Source: Malacoraja senta
Lineage: Eukaryota
Length of the DNA stretch: 62,000 nt
Direction: 5' to 3'
NCBI GenBank assembly: GCA_038087875.1
Contig: JAXLNO010000408.1
Span: 62,001 to 124,000, forward strand
Positions 1 through 12,852 of the stretch are shown piece by piece. Below the pieces are notes generated by a model. That model was given only the letters and a program-made list of their open reading frames with translations. It was not told the DNA's origin and did not search any database. The translations under genes were made by a program, and so were the position numbers. Each line of letters opens with the position of its first letter. The first letter of the stretch is position 1.

Positions 1-117
1 ACTGTCCACATTTTCTATGCTTAAAAAAAGATTTATTTCATTGGAATACAGCGGGTTAACCAGCAAAAGTCCTTGTTTACCGCAGTCCATGGCCCATGAG
101 GGGGGGGGAGTGTCTCC

Positions 118-330
118 TTAATTTGGAGAATTCAATGTTCATGTCATTGGGCTGTAAGCTGTGAGGTGCTGTTCCTCCAGTTTGCGTGTCACCTCACTCT
201 GGCAATGGAGGAGGCCCAGGACAGAAAGATCAGAGTGGGAAGGGGAGTTAAAATGGTTGGCAACTGGGAGATCCAGCAGGCCTTGGCGGGCCGAGCGCAA
301 GTGTAGGGTGAACTGCACGCCTGGTCTAGA
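118..330 (-). mobile_element. Penelope-like element, GIY-YIG endonuclease C-terminal remnant
   Basis: Minus-strand translation gives LPVANHFNSPSHSDLSVLGLLHCQSEVTRKLEEQHL...SLQPNDMNIEFSK, typical of the end of vertebrate Penelope ORFs. Confidence 0.7.
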
Positions 331-618
331 TACAAGGAACAGCAGATACTGGGTTTACAAACAGGGACACAATCTCCTGGAGTACTTGCACCTCTGGAGA
401 GCATGGACAGGCAATATTTCTAGGTCAGGTCCGTTCTTCAGACTGATGGAGAGGGTGGGGGGAGGAAGCTGGAAAAGAGAGATGGGGGCTGGACAAAGCT
501 TGGCATGAAAAAGATAATAAACAGAATAAGAGGTGGTGGGTTTCTTAAATGTGAGCAGAGAGACAGAGGGGGTGTAAAATGAGGGTAGAAGCAATAGGTA
601 GCAAGGTGAAAAGTAAAA

Positions 619-3600
619 GTGGCAGGCAGACAAATCCAGGGCAAAAAATCAAAAAGGGCCACTTTTCAACATAACTGTATAAGGGGTAAGAGTGTTGTAA
701 AAACAAGCCTGAAGGCTTTGTGTCTCAATGCAAGGAGCATTCGTAATAAGGTGCATGAGTTGAATGTGCAGATAGTTATTAATGAATATGATATAGTTGG
801 GATCACGGAGACATGGCTCCAGAGTGACCAAGGCTGGGAGCTGAACATCCAGGGATATTCAATATTCAGGAGGGATAGACAGAAAGGAAAAGGAGGTGGG
901 GTAGCGTTGCTGGTTAGAGAAGAGATTAACGCAATAGAAAGGAAGGACATTAGCTTGGAGGATGTGGAATCGATATCGTAGATCTGCGAAACACTAAGGG
1001 GCAGAAAACGCTGGTGGGTGTTGTGTACAGGCCACCTAACAGTAGTAGTGGAGTTGGGGATGGCATCAAAGAGGAAATTAGAAATGCGTGCAACAAAGGT
1101 AAAACAGTTATAATGGGTGACGTCAATCTACATATAGATTGGGTGAATCAAATTGGCAGGGTGCTGAGGAAGAGGATTTCTTGGAATGTACGCGGGATAG
1201 TTTTCTAAACCAACATGTAGAGGAACCAACGAGAGAGCAGGGCTATTCTGGACTGGGTATTGAGTAATGAGAAAGGGTTAGTTAGCAGTCTTGTTGTGCG
1301 TGGCCCCTTGGGCAAGAGTGACCATTAATATGGTTGAGTTCTTCATTAGGATGGAGAGTGACATAATTAATTCAGAAACAAGGGTTCTGAACTTAAAGAA
1401 AAGGTAACTTTGAGGGTATGAGACGTGAATTGGCCAAGATAGACTGGCAATTGATTCTTAAAGGGTTGACGGTGGATATGCAATGGAAGGCATTTTAAAG
1501 ACTGCATGGATGAACTACAACAATTGTTCATCCCAGTTTGGCAAAAGAATAAATCAGGGAAGGTAGTGCATCCGTGGATAACAAGGGAAATCATGGGATA
1601 GTATCAAAACAAAAGATGAAGCATGCAATTTAGCCAGAAAAAGCAGCCTACCAGAGGGACTGGGAGAAATTCAGTCCAGCAGGAGGAGAACAAAGGGCTT
1701 AGATAGATGATAGATATTTATTTTGTTGTCATTTGAACCTAAGTTCAAACGAAATTTGGTTTCTGCAGTCATACAAACAAGTAAAAAGAACCAAGACACA
1801 ACACAATTTACACAAACATCCATCACAGTGAATCTCCTCCTCACTGTGATGGAAGGCAAAGTCTTATCTCTCCCCTGCACTCCCCATTCTCCTCCCGATG
1901 TCAAAGTCAAAGCCCCCGGCGGGCGATTGTAGATATGTCCCGCGGCCATTAAAGCCGTGCTGAGCGATGCAAGGCCACGCTCCGGGTCTTGATGTTGTAG
2001 CCCCGGTAGCGTCAGCAAGTCCCACGGCCACCAATGCCGCGCCGGGCGATGTCAGACCCCGCTCCAGGTCATCCTCAACCCCGCAACTCGGGCGGGAGTA
2101 GCTGCCGTTGCAGGAGCCCCGAAAAGCGGTCTCCCACCATGGACCCGCGATCTCCCGATGTTACCTTCCACCAGACCTGCGGCTGAAGCCTCCGAATCTC
2201 CGGGGTCGGGTAGCAGCAGCGCGCCACCACAGCTCCTCCCGCTCCGAACTCGGCCAGCTCCACGATGGTGAGTAGTCCGCAGGCTCCGCGACTGGAGCCC
2301 CAGGTCGTTCCGGTTGGAGGCCGCTCCACAGTGCTAGGCCCCAACGACAACGGAGACCCGACAGAGAAAGGTCGGGTCTCCCGTGCAGGGAAAAGATTTT
2401 AAAAGTTTCCCCACCCCCGCCCCCCACACATACCCAGTTAAAAAAACACTATAAACAAAACTCAAATGAAACAAAAGAAAATTAAAAGACAGACGGACTG
2501 CAGAGGCCGCTGCAACATGAGTCGCGCCACCCACCCCGGCTTAATTAGGAAAGGGAAAATAGATTATGAAAGAAAACTGGCAGTGAACATAAAAACTGAC
2601 TGCAAAAAGTTTTTATAGATATGTGAAGAGAAAAAGATTAGTTAAAACAAATGTAGGTCCCTTGCAGTCAGAAACAGGTGAATTGATCATGGGGAACAAG
2701 GATATGGCGGACCAATTGAATAACTACTTTGGTTCTGTCTTCACTAAGGAAGACATAAATAATCTGCCGGAAATAGCAGGGGGCCGCGGGTCAAAGGAGA
2801 TGGAGGAACTGAGTGAAATCCAGGTTAGCCGGGAAGTGGTGTTAGGTAAATTGAATGGATTAAAGGCCGATAAATCCCCAGGGCCAGATAGGCTGCATCC
2901 CAGAGTACTTAAGGAAGTAGCCCCAGAAATAGTGGCTGCATGAGTGATCATTTTTCAAAACTAATTAGATTCTGGAGTAGTTCCTGAGGATTGGAGGGTA
3001 GCTAATGTAACCCCACTTTTTAAAAAGGGAGGGAGAGAGAAAACGGGGAATTACAGACCAGTTAGTCTAACATCGGTAGTGGGGAAACTGCTAGAGTCAG
3101 TTATTAAAGATGGGATAGCAGCATATTTGGATAATGGTGAAATCATTGGACAAAGTCAGCATGGATTTATGAAAGGGAAATCATGTCTGATGAATCTTAT
3201 AGAATTTTTCGAGGATGTAACTAGTAGAGTGGATAAGGGAGAACCAGTGGATGTGTAATAGCTACTTTCAGAAGGCTTTCGACAAGGTCCCACATAAGAG
3301 ATTAGTATACAAACTTAAAGCACACGGTATTGGGGGTTCAGTATTGATGTGGATAGAGAACTGGCTGGCAAACAGGAAGCAAAGAGTAGGAGTAAACGGG
3401 TCCTTTTCAGAATGGCAGGCAGTGACTAGTGGGGTACCGCAAGGCTCAGTGCTGGGACCCCAGCTATTCACAATATATATTAATGATTTGGACGAGGGAA
3501 TTGAATGCAACATCTCCAAGGAGGATGCTATGAGGCTGCAAGGTAACCTGGATTGGTTGGGTGAGTGGGCAAATGCATGGCAGACGTAGTATAATGTGGA

Positions 3601-4395
3601 TAAATGTGAGGTTATCCACTTTGGTGCCAAAAACAGGAAAGTAGACTATTATCTGAATGGTGGCCGATTAGGAAAAGGGGAGATGCAACGAGACCTGGGT
3701 GTCATGGTACACCAGTCATTGAAAGTAGGCATGCAGGTGCAGCAGGCAGTGAAGAAAGTGAATGGTATGTTAGCATTCATAGCAAAAGGATTTGAGCATA
3801 GGAGCAGGGAGGTTCTACTACAGTTGTACAGGGTCTTGGTGAGACCACACCTGGAGTATTGCGTACAGTTTTGGTCTCCTAATCTGAGGAAAGACATTCT
3901 TGCCATAGAGGGAGTACAGAGAAGGTTCACCAGACTGATTCCTGGGATGGCAGGACTTTCATATGAAGAAAGACTGGATAGACTCGGTTTGTACTCGCTA
4001 GAATTCAGAAGATTGAGGGGGGATCTTATAGAAACTTACAAAATTCTAAAGGGGTTGGACAGGCTAGATGCAGGAAGATTGTTCCCGATGTTGTGGAAGT
4101 CCAGAACAAGGGGTCACAGTTTAAGGATAAGGGGGAAATCTTTTAGGACCGAGATAAGAAACACATTTTTCACACAGAAAGTGGTGAATCTGTGGAATTC
4201 TCTGCCACAGAATGTAGTTGAGGCCAGTTCATTGGCTATATTTAAGAGGGAGTTAGATGTGGCCCTTGTGGCTAAAGGGATCAGGGGGTATGGTGAGAAG
4301 GCAGGCACGGGATACTGAGTTGGATGATCAGCCATGATCATATTGAATGGCGGTGCAGGCTCGAAGGGCCGAATGGCCTACTCCTGCACCTATTT
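619..4395 (+). mobile_element. CR1 (HER1-like) LINE, degenerate ORF2 (APE endonuclease + RT) and 3' UTR, split by an insertion at 1702-2537
   Basis: Fragments [49 protein letters not shown] and LVRPHLEYCVQFWSP; multiple stops and frameshifts; CR1 3' end GGCTCGAAGGGCCGAATGGCCTACTCCTGCACC. Confidence 0.95.
1702..2537 (-). mobile_element. GC-rich non-autonomous retroposon (hairpin family), full length
   Basis: Flanked by 6-bp TSD GGCTTA (1696-1701/2538-2543) whose removal restores the CR1 sequence. Head is GGTGGCGC; perfect 13-bp hairpin at 1819-1853; AATAAA plus TCTA-like tail. Confidence 0.85.
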
Positions 4396-5202
4396 AAAAA
4401 AAAAAAAGTGATAGGTGGACACAAAATGCTGGAGTTACTCAGCGGGACAGGCGGCATCTCTGGAGAGAAGGAATGGGTGACGTTACAGGTTGAGACCCTT
4501 CTTCAGAAGTGTTAAGTGGATATAGGTGAGGGGTTGTCCCGGACATCTTCGGCCGCCCCCCAGGCGGGGATGGGACACTCGGGGGGTGGGGGTGGGGGGG
4601 GGGGGGGTGATGGTCCAGTGGCGGTTCGGCAGTGCTTGCGGCGCTGGGGACGCAGGTTTGATCCTGGCTGTGGATGAGGTGCGGGTCTGTGTGTGCGCAG
4701 CAGCCCAGCAGTGCCGAGAATGTCTCTCCCCTGTCTCGCACTCGCGTCTGCCCCCCTCTCTCTCGCTGTTACACCCCGCTCTCCCGCTACCTGGCACCCC
4801 CGTTACTCAGATTAAATATATTTTTACACATCAATTATGAATAAAGATAAGAATTTAGACACATTTTGTACAGCCAGCGCTTGGTTCGCTTTTTCTTTAT
4901 AGTGAATGACCTTTGACAAATCCCATCATTCCTTGCGTTTTTCGAAATGCCAAACTCACTTATTGGCCTGCACCGGGTTTGGTGGACTGAGTCCACAGAC
5001 TCACCACTCTCTGTGAAAAAGTGTTTCCTCGTCTCCGTTCTAAATGCCTTACCCCTTATTCTTAAACTGTGGCCCCTGGTTCTGGACTCTCCCAACATTG
5101 GGAACATGTTTCCTGCCTCTAGCGTGTCCAAACCTTTAATAATCGTATATGTTTCAATAAGAGACCCTCTCATCCTTCTAATCTCTAGATCTCTAATCTT
5201 TA

Positions 5203-5560
5203 GGACGACAGATGGCGCAATGGGCTAAGTGTTCGGCTGGCAACCGGAAGGTAGCCGGTTCGAATCCCGCTTGGAGTGCATACTGTCGTTGTGTCCTTGG
5301 GCAAGACACTTCACCCACCTTTGCCTGCATGTGAATGTGTGTGAATGTGTGTGAGTGATTGGTGGTGGTCGGAGGGGCCGTAGGCGCAGATTAGCAGCCA
5401 CGCTTCCGTCAGTCTGCCCCAGGGCAGCTGTGGCTACAGAAGTAGCTCACCATCACCGAGTGTGACTGAGGAGTGAATGAATAATGCGATGTTAAAGCGC
5501 CTTGGGTATTAGAAAGGCGCTATATAAATCCAATCCATTATTATTATTATTATTATTATT
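5203..5560 (+). mobile_element. tRNA-headed SINE with L2-type 3' tail
   Basis: A box TGGCGCAATGG (5213-5223), B box GGTTCGAATCCC (5257-5268), GTGTCCTTGGGCAAGACACTT core, 3' stem-loop AAAGCGCCTT..AAAGGCGCT and a (TTA)n tail. It interrupts a CR1. Confidence 0.9.
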
Positions 5561-6233
5561 AGAGTGTACGAGCCCAGCTGCTCCATTCTCTCAACATACG
5601 ACAGTCCCGCCATCCCGGGAATTAACCTTGTAAACCTACGCTGCACTCCCTCAATAGCAAGAATGTCCTTCCTCAAATTTGGAGACCAAAACTGCACACA
5701 ATACTCCAGGTGTGGTCTCACTAGGGCTCTGTACAACTGCAGAAGGACATCTTTGCTCCTATACTCAACTCCTCTTGTTATAACATGCCATTCGTTTTCT
5801 TCACTGCCTGCTGTACCTGCATGCTTACTTTCAGTGACTGATGAACAACGACCCCCCAGATCCCGTTGTACTTCCCCTTTTCCCAACTTGACACGATTTA
5901 GATAGTAATCTTCCTTCCTGTTTTTGCTACCAAAGTGGATAACCTCACATTTATCCACATTAAACTGCATCTGCCGTGCTTCTGCCCACTCCCCTAACCT
6001 GTCCAAGTCACCCTGCATTCTCATAGCATCCTCCTCACAGTTCACACTGCCACCCAGCTTTGTGTCATCTGCAAATTTGCTAATGTTACTTTGAATCCCT
6101 TCATCTAAATCATGAAATTATATTGTAAATAGCTGCGGTCCCAGCACCGAGCCTTGCGGTACCCCACTAATCACTGCCTGCCTTTCTGAAAAGGACCCGT
6201 TAATCCCTACTCTTTGTTTCCTGTCTGCCAACC

Positions 6234-7192
6234 TGTCTGTCGGTGGGGAGCGCTGCAAGCCGGCAGCCCTGTCAGCAGCGTGTCCGTTTCTTTCTACTTT
6301 TTTTGTTTTTTTAGTGTGTTTTAATGTATGGTATTAATGTTACTTTGTGTGTCTTGTGTGGGGGGTGGTGTGGGGGGGGGGGGGGTGTGGGGGAAACCGC
6401 TTCAGTCGCCTCCTCCACGCAGAGGCAACATTTTTCATGTCGCCTGCCCCGTGGCCTAACAACAAGGATCGGTGCGGCCTTTCCCGGAGACGAGCCCGGG
6501 GCTTCAGCGGCGGGCGGGCGCAGCGTGGACTCTCGGCGTGGGGCGGGTGAGCCCTCGCTGGGGCTCGCCGGAGGGGAGCGCTCCGTTTCGCTGGCCCGTG
6601 GCAGCCTGAAGCCGTGGTCTGCAGAGCTCCAGCTGGCGTGGCGTCCACAACCTGGGATCCCTCGTGGGGGACCCGGAGGAAGAAGAAGCCACCACTGCCG
6701 GCCCGCGGCCTACTTTTACCGCGGGCCCGGCTGGGTCTTACCATCGGGAGCGGGGTGTCCCTCATCGGGGATCCCTGGAGAGGAGCTTCGACCACCGGCT
6801 CTGCGGTCTGCGGTGCTTCTGGCTGCGGCGCGGGGGGGACTTTAGATCTTCGACCACCGGCCTGCGGCCTACACCAACTTGAAGCCGCGGTCTCCGGTGG
6901 GGAAGAGCCGATTCAGGACTTACCTGGATTTTTTACCTTGTCTGTACATCTGGATGCCCGCAGCGACGGCTGCGGAGGGTTGAGGTCCCGATCACGGGGG
7001 AAAATGGAGGAGGACTGGCCAATATTTGTGCCTTCCACCACAGTGATGAATGCTGTGGTGGATGTTTGTGTTAAAATTTTAGTGTGTTTTTGTGTGTTCT
7101 TTCTCATTGTACCGCTGCTGGCAAATTCATTTCACTTGCACTTTATGTGGAATGTGACGAATAAAACTGATTGTTGCTGATTGTTGCTGTTG
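6234..7192 (+). mobile_element. GC-rich non-autonomous retroposon (hairpin family), full length, different subfamily
   Basis: TSD AACC (6230-6233/7193-7196) inside CR1; T-rich tract, G-run, GC-rich body, hairpin 7034-7062, and GACGAATAAA followed by a (CTGATTGTTG)n tail. Confidence 0.85.
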
Positions 7193-7602
7193 AACCAATT
7201 TTCTATCCATGTCAGCACTCTACCCCCAATACCATGTGCCCTAATTATGCCCACTAATCTCCTATGTGGGACCTTATCAAATGCTTTCTGATAGTCCAGG
7301 TACACTACATCCACTGGCTCTCCCTTGTCCATTTTCCTAGTTACATCTTCAAAAAATTCCAAAAGATTAGTCAAGCACGATTCCCTGTTTGCAAATCCAC
7401 TCGGATCGATCCTGTTACTGCTATCCAAATGTGCCGCTATTTCATCTTTTATAATTGACTCCAGGATCTTCCCCACCACCGATGTCAGGCTAAGTGGTCT
7501 ATAATTCCGTATTCTCTCTCTCGCCTTTCTTAAAAAAGAATTAGCTGTCCTCCAATCTACGGGAAGTGACCCTGAATCTATAGAACATTGGAAAATGATC
7601 AC

Positions 7603-9190
7603 TACAGCCAGGATTTTGCCATAAATGTCTTTTTTGATGATTTCACCAAGATAATGCCTTTTTCACAATCGCGTGCCTAAATCAGCCTTTTTTTTACCGT
7701 TTTGCTAAAAGGTCGTGCTATTTTCTCTAGTTGTACTGTGATTACAACAACGTTTTCTGTTAACATGTTAATATTAATGTTATTATTAATGTGTTAACAT
7801 AGTATAACTTACAAGAAAACTTCCATCACCGGGGCAAAACCGGGGGTGCCACCGTCGGTCGTTCATTCGTTCGTGCCGCTGTCCGCTGGTTCAGTCTTCT
7901 CCAAGATCTATTTAAGAAAGAACTGCAGATGCTGGAAAAATCGAAGGTAGCCAAAAATGCTGGAGAAACTCAGCGGGTGAGGCAGCATCTACAGGTGACG
8001 TTTTGGGTCGAGACCCTACTTCAGATTGATGTGGGGGGGTGGGAAAAAGAAAGGAAGAGGCGGAGACAGTAGGACTAGAAGGAGAGCTTGGAAGGGGAGG
8101 TGGAGGATGGAGAAGGGCTATCTAAAATTATCCAAGCAAAATACCTTGTCTCCTCACTACATTTACTGCCGGCCTCAGTCGCAAATCTGAGTTTGAGTGA
8201 TCTATGCAAGGCATTCATTGATGCTGGAATTCCACTGTGGAGATTGGAAAACAAATCTCTCAGAGGGTTTTTAGAGAAATACACAGAGGAACATAGACCA
8301 AGCTAGTCATCATTACGGAAAACTTATGTTGATAGCAACTTCAACATTGTTGTGCAGAAAATTAGAGATGAAGTTTCATGCAACAAAATATGGATGTCAA
8401 TAGGCGAGATAACCGATGCTGTGGGGAGATATGTTTCCAATGTGGTCATCGGTACACTGGAGGCAGGTCAACCATCAAAGGAGTATTTGTTGACCGGAAG
8501 TATTGGAGAAGTCAAACAGCTCAACTATTGCTCAGTTTACATCTTCACTTGTTGTACTTTGGCCAGAAGGTATAAAACATGAGAATGTTCTTCTGTTTGT
8601 GACTTAAAGTTTTATTCCCCAAAATGTTGCATTTGACATGCTTAGCTCAAGGACTTCATAGAATTGCCAAGCACATAGGTAGCTTGTTTCCAAATGTCGA
8701 TCGCCTAGTTTCCAATGTCAAGAAAATCTTCCTCAATGTACTGTCACATGTACAGTTGTTCAAGGAAGTGGCACCCGAGATTCCGCTACCTCCTCAGCCC
8801 GTTTTGATAAGGTGGGGTACATGGCTCTCTGCTGTACTCTACTATGCTGCAAATTTTGAAAAGATAAAATAAATCGTCAACTGTTTTGAAGAAGAAGAAT
8901 CTGGTGCAATCAGGATCGTCAGTGAAATCACGCAGAAAAAGTCCCTCCACCGCGATCTTGTGTTTATTGCTTCCAATTTTGCAAACTTCCCACAAGCTAT
9001 CACTTCCCTTGAGAAACGTGGTGTAACATTAGTGAATAACTTGCGGGTTTTCAACAAAGTAACTGGCGGTATTTATAAAGTTCCTGGCGATGTAGGTAAA
9101 GACATACAAGGAAAATGTGAGAGTGATTTTAGCTAACAAAGATCTTGAAGAAATAGAAAACATAGCTAAAGTTCTCAAAGGTAATTGTAA
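7603..9190 (+). mobile_element. Degenerate hAT-superfamily (CGGBP1-like / DUF659-type) DNA transposon
   Basis: Fragments DLCKAFIDAGIPL..LRGFLEKY, KIWMSIGEITD (decayed IDETTD), HLTCLAQGLH (CxxH) and PQPVLIRWGTW, with stops and frameshifts. A Penelope-terminal fragment is nested at ~7915-8140. Confidence 0.7.
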
Positions 9191-10339
9191 TCCACTCTTG
9201 ACTCTTGACTTACTCCGCTAATATGTGGGATAGAACTAGTGTACGGGTGATCGGCGTGGACTCGGTGGGCCGAAGGGCCTGTTTCCACGCTGTATCTTTA
9301 AATTAAACTAAAAACACTAAAACCAGAGGGAGTCTACAAAACGGTCTCGACCCGAAACGTCACCCAATTTCTTCTATCCAGAGATGCTGGCTGCTCCATG
9401 GAGTTCCCCCACACAATTATAGCATGGAATAGTCTTCACCCTACCATAGTTACCCAACCAGACGCAACTACATTTAAGGTGGCTCTTTTTTCCCCAAGAA
9501 CCCTTTTTTGCTTCAGTCCAAGTCAAGAGTCAAGGGAGTTTTATTGTCGTGTGTCCCAGATAGGACAATGACATTGTTGCTTGCTGCAGCACAACACAAT
9601 ATGTCAACATAATACAGAACAGGAGATAAAGTTCAGTGTGTCTATATACCATAGACCATATATATACACAATAAATAAACAGATAAAGTGCAATAGACTG
9701 TTATTGTTCAGAGTTTGAAGTTTGGTGATGGACCCGCCACCACCTCCAGTTTAAATTCCATTTAGAATATTTTTGGAGGACCAGGAAACCAGAAGCAAGA
9801 GTTACTCCAGGGAGTTACTTCAGCTCCAGCGAGTGATTCTACGTTGATTTTCAGCGGTCGCGGTGAGGCAGCGACCGGACAGCAACGGCGGCCAGATCTC
9901 CCACAATGCAAAGCGAGGGAGAAAGTGGCCAGCGCCGACCAGTTTCCGTGGCAGTGCGCATGCGCAGGGCGGCCGATGATGTGCTGGCCGTGGTTGTGCG
10001 CATGTGCAGGGGGGAGGATGTGCTGGCCATGATAGTGCGCATGTGCAAGGCGGCCGGCCGTGCCGGCGGATGAGGAGCGAGCGAAGAGCGAAGACACCCG
10101 GCGGCCCGGACACGGATACGGGTGGCAGGCGGAGACGGAGAGTGACAGAGAGAGAGAGATACAGAGGGGGCCCCACTCAGAGTTAATCGGCAGGTGCCCT
10201 GGGTGCTTGCCAAGCCGGGCAAAATGACACAACTTTTAGGTTGCCCGGTGGGACGTTAGGTGGCCATTGGCGCCCGGGCAACCGTTAATTTCGAGTCCTG
10301 CCTTGAAATTTTGAAGCCCTTTGCTTCAGCCTACGTAGC

Positions 10340-10787
10340 CTAATGGTAAATCCGGCTCTGCCTGATGGTGATGCACAAGAAGATCTTGGTGAATACCGGA
10401 TGAGTATTGTGCAAACTCTGCATCAAGGAAGACCACCGAGGACAATGAAGCTCACTTTCCATAAGAAGTGACAAACACAGTAAAAAACAACAACTTCTAT
10501 GTGGATGATTGTTTAAAGGCCATGTCTTTGGAACAGGAAGCAATTCGACCGGTAACACAACTGAATTCCCTCTGCAGAAAGAGAGGATTCATGCTATGAA
10601 AGTGGATCGGCAATAGCTGTATTGGAAACCATTCCACTCGGGAGCCAAGGAGACCAGGGAGTTGGATTTGGACAAAGACAATCTGCCAATGGAAAGAGCA
10701 CTGGGATTACACTGGTGCGTTGAAACGGATGTGTTTATGTTCAGAATCTCGATTCAGGAGCGACCATGTGCAAGACAGGACATCCTA
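10340..10787 (+). mobile_element. BEL/Pao LTR-retrotransposon RT remnant
   Basis: Plus-strand translation NNFYVDDCLK...KWIGNS...LDLDKDNLPMERALGLHWCVETDVF matches the BEL/Pao RT and the segment after it. Confidence 0.8.
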
Positions 10788-11920
10788 TGGTAAATATGCT
10801 GGAATGTGGCGGCTTCGGGAATGTAAGGTAACCGCGACTTGGTTTTACTGAGGGTGACATTGCACGGTGCTGTGACCCATGTGACTTGTTTCCATGCACT
10901 GATGCTTGTCTATGATCTATGATTGGGTAAAGGGGTTGCCCTCCCCCTGTACCTTTGCGCCGGAATTTTCCGGCCAGTGTATAGGGGTATAAAAGGGTGG
11001 TCGAGTCATTGGAGCATGCGCTTGTCTTTTCCTTCTCTTCTGTTTGCTTGAGGCTGCTGTGGGCTTGAGTGAGTGGATCCGAACTCGGCCCCGCGGTGAC
11101 CATTAATGAAGGGTTTGGACACCGGTGCTCGACTCAGTGGTTTACTGCGACTGGGGAGGGGTAAAAGAAGCGTGAAGCAAAATCTGGGGGCTCATCCGGG
11201 ATCTCAAAGTATTACCAAACACGAGTTTGCCGACAAAGAACTGAATCTTCTCGGATCGCTGAGGGAAGAATTGGGCCCCCGATGTGAGTAGTTTATGCTG
11301 CACCAGTTTCCCCCGGTCCGCTAATCTGACGACGAATCGGTCATTCGCTGACTTGTGAGTGGAATCCCGACGAAATCAAGGTAGGTCAGTCTGGCGAGTA
11401 CAGTAGTGGGATTTATGAATAGTTTAATTCCCTGTTGTTAATAGTTTAGCATTGTTGTTTTTGTTCAGTGTTCGAGTCCCTGCTGTTATTGTTGTCCAGG
11501 TTTCGAGTCTCTGTGGTTGGGGGTTCGAGTCCCTGAAGGTCTAGTAGTGGGGTACAATTGGCAGGGGTACCTTGAAAAACAATACCGAGAAGGTCAACAC
11601 TAAGTGGTGGAAGTACTGAAGCACAGAATTTTATAGGTTTGGAAGGGTTCAAGACCCTGCCGGTACTGCAGTTCAGCGCTAAGGTATATTGGCATATTGA
11701 TACTGTCGACATTAGTGCTGAGGGAGAACTCTAGCCGTGTGAGATCTAAACTTTCTGCTTTAAATTGCTAAATTTAAAGTGTTCATATTGAATGTTTTTG
11801 CTTAAGTTTGTGATTTACTATCGTTGCTTAAGATTTTGTATTATAGTTGTATGCTCATATATTATAGAGAGGTGGAATATTGTGTTGGGGGACCAAGCCT
11901 TCAATCCATGTGAGAATGTA
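10788..11920 (+). mobile_element. Endogenous retrovirus-like 5' LTR, tRNA-Pro primer binding site and leader (no coding region)
   Basis: TATAAAA at 10988-10994; LTR-like ...GAAGCA end near 11179; TGGGGGCTCATCCGGGAT at 11185-11202 matches the canonical tRNA-Pro PBS at 17/18. Outer boundaries are approximate. Confidence 0.75.
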
Positions 11921-12256
11921 TAGATACTAGACTAAGTGGAAATCAGTCTGAAGGCTCCCAACCCAAAATCACATCTATCCATGTTCTCCACAGATGCTGC
12001 CTGACCCGCTGAATTACTCCAGCACTTTGTGTCTTTTTGTTGTTGTAAACCAGCATCTGCAGTTCCTTGATTTTCATCCCAAATCTTCCCTGGTTTCAGG
12101 GCTTTTACAAACTTTGGCATCTGGGCAATGGGTGCATTATGGGGAAAGGAAACGGGTCACAGAGCAAGAAAGAGCCATTTTGCAGAAAACAGAACAGTTA
12201 TATCTAATTTGTAGACAGCTCCCAATGTGCAGTGAAATTCATATAACAGGTCGCTC

Positions 12257-12565
12257 CAATTTGTGGTCAACACTCCCACCATGTGGTGATGCAAGGCATT
12301 GCAGGCCAGTTCAATTTGTGGTCAACACTCCCACCATGTGGTGATCTAAGGCATTGCAAGCCAGTTCAATGTGTGGTCAACACTCCCACCATGTGGTGAT
12401 CTAAGGCATTGCAAGCCAGTTCAATTTGTGGTCAACACTCCCACCATGTGGTGATCTAAGGCATTGCAAGCCAGTTCAATTTGTGGTCAACACCCCCACC
12501 ATGTGGTGATGCAAGGCATTGCAGGCCAGTTCAATTTGTGGTCAACACTCCCACCATGTGGTGAT
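12257..12565. repeat. 55-bp minisatellite, ~5.6 copies
   Basis: Unit CAATTTGTGGTCAACACTCCCACCATGTGGTGAT(GC/CT)AAGGCATTGCA(G/A)GCCAGTT starting at 12257, 12312, 12367 and onward. Confidence 0.95.
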
Positions 12566-12852
12566 CCGCTGCACTGCAGGCCAGTCTGATATGTGGACAA
12601 AGTACTGGTTTGACTCAGATATTCAGGCAGCATCTGAACACAGTCAGAACGCAGACAGGAGTGTATTTTTGTGCACACACTTAATGCGTTGCCTGTACTG
12701 CACCACATCACCACACAGTGAGAGGAATTTCTTCAGCCAGGGGGTGTGAATCTGTAGAATTCATTGCCACAGAAGGCAGTAGAGGCCAAGTCAATGGATA
12801 TTTTTAAGGCAGAGAAAGATTCTTGATTAGCAAGGGCGTGAAAGGTTATGGG

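Larger units (their letters stand above)
4990..7602 (-). mobile_element. CR1 LINE RT fragment with two nested insertions
   Basis: Minus-strand ORFs 7132-7602 ([26 protein letters not shown]), 5509-6045 and 4835-5173 are CR1 RT pieces in collinear order. Confidence 0.93.

Noticed and set aside
5203..5275. tRNA gene
   Set aside because: No T-run terminator; continues into a SINE body and LINE-type tail.
6916..6928. U1-like ACTTACCTGG inside the GC-rich element
   Set aside because: Only a 10-nt match with no stem-loop I; compatible with chance or an antisense splice donor.
12257..12565. CRISPR-like repeat array
   Set aside because: Units are contiguous with no unique spacers; vertebrate context; no cas genes.
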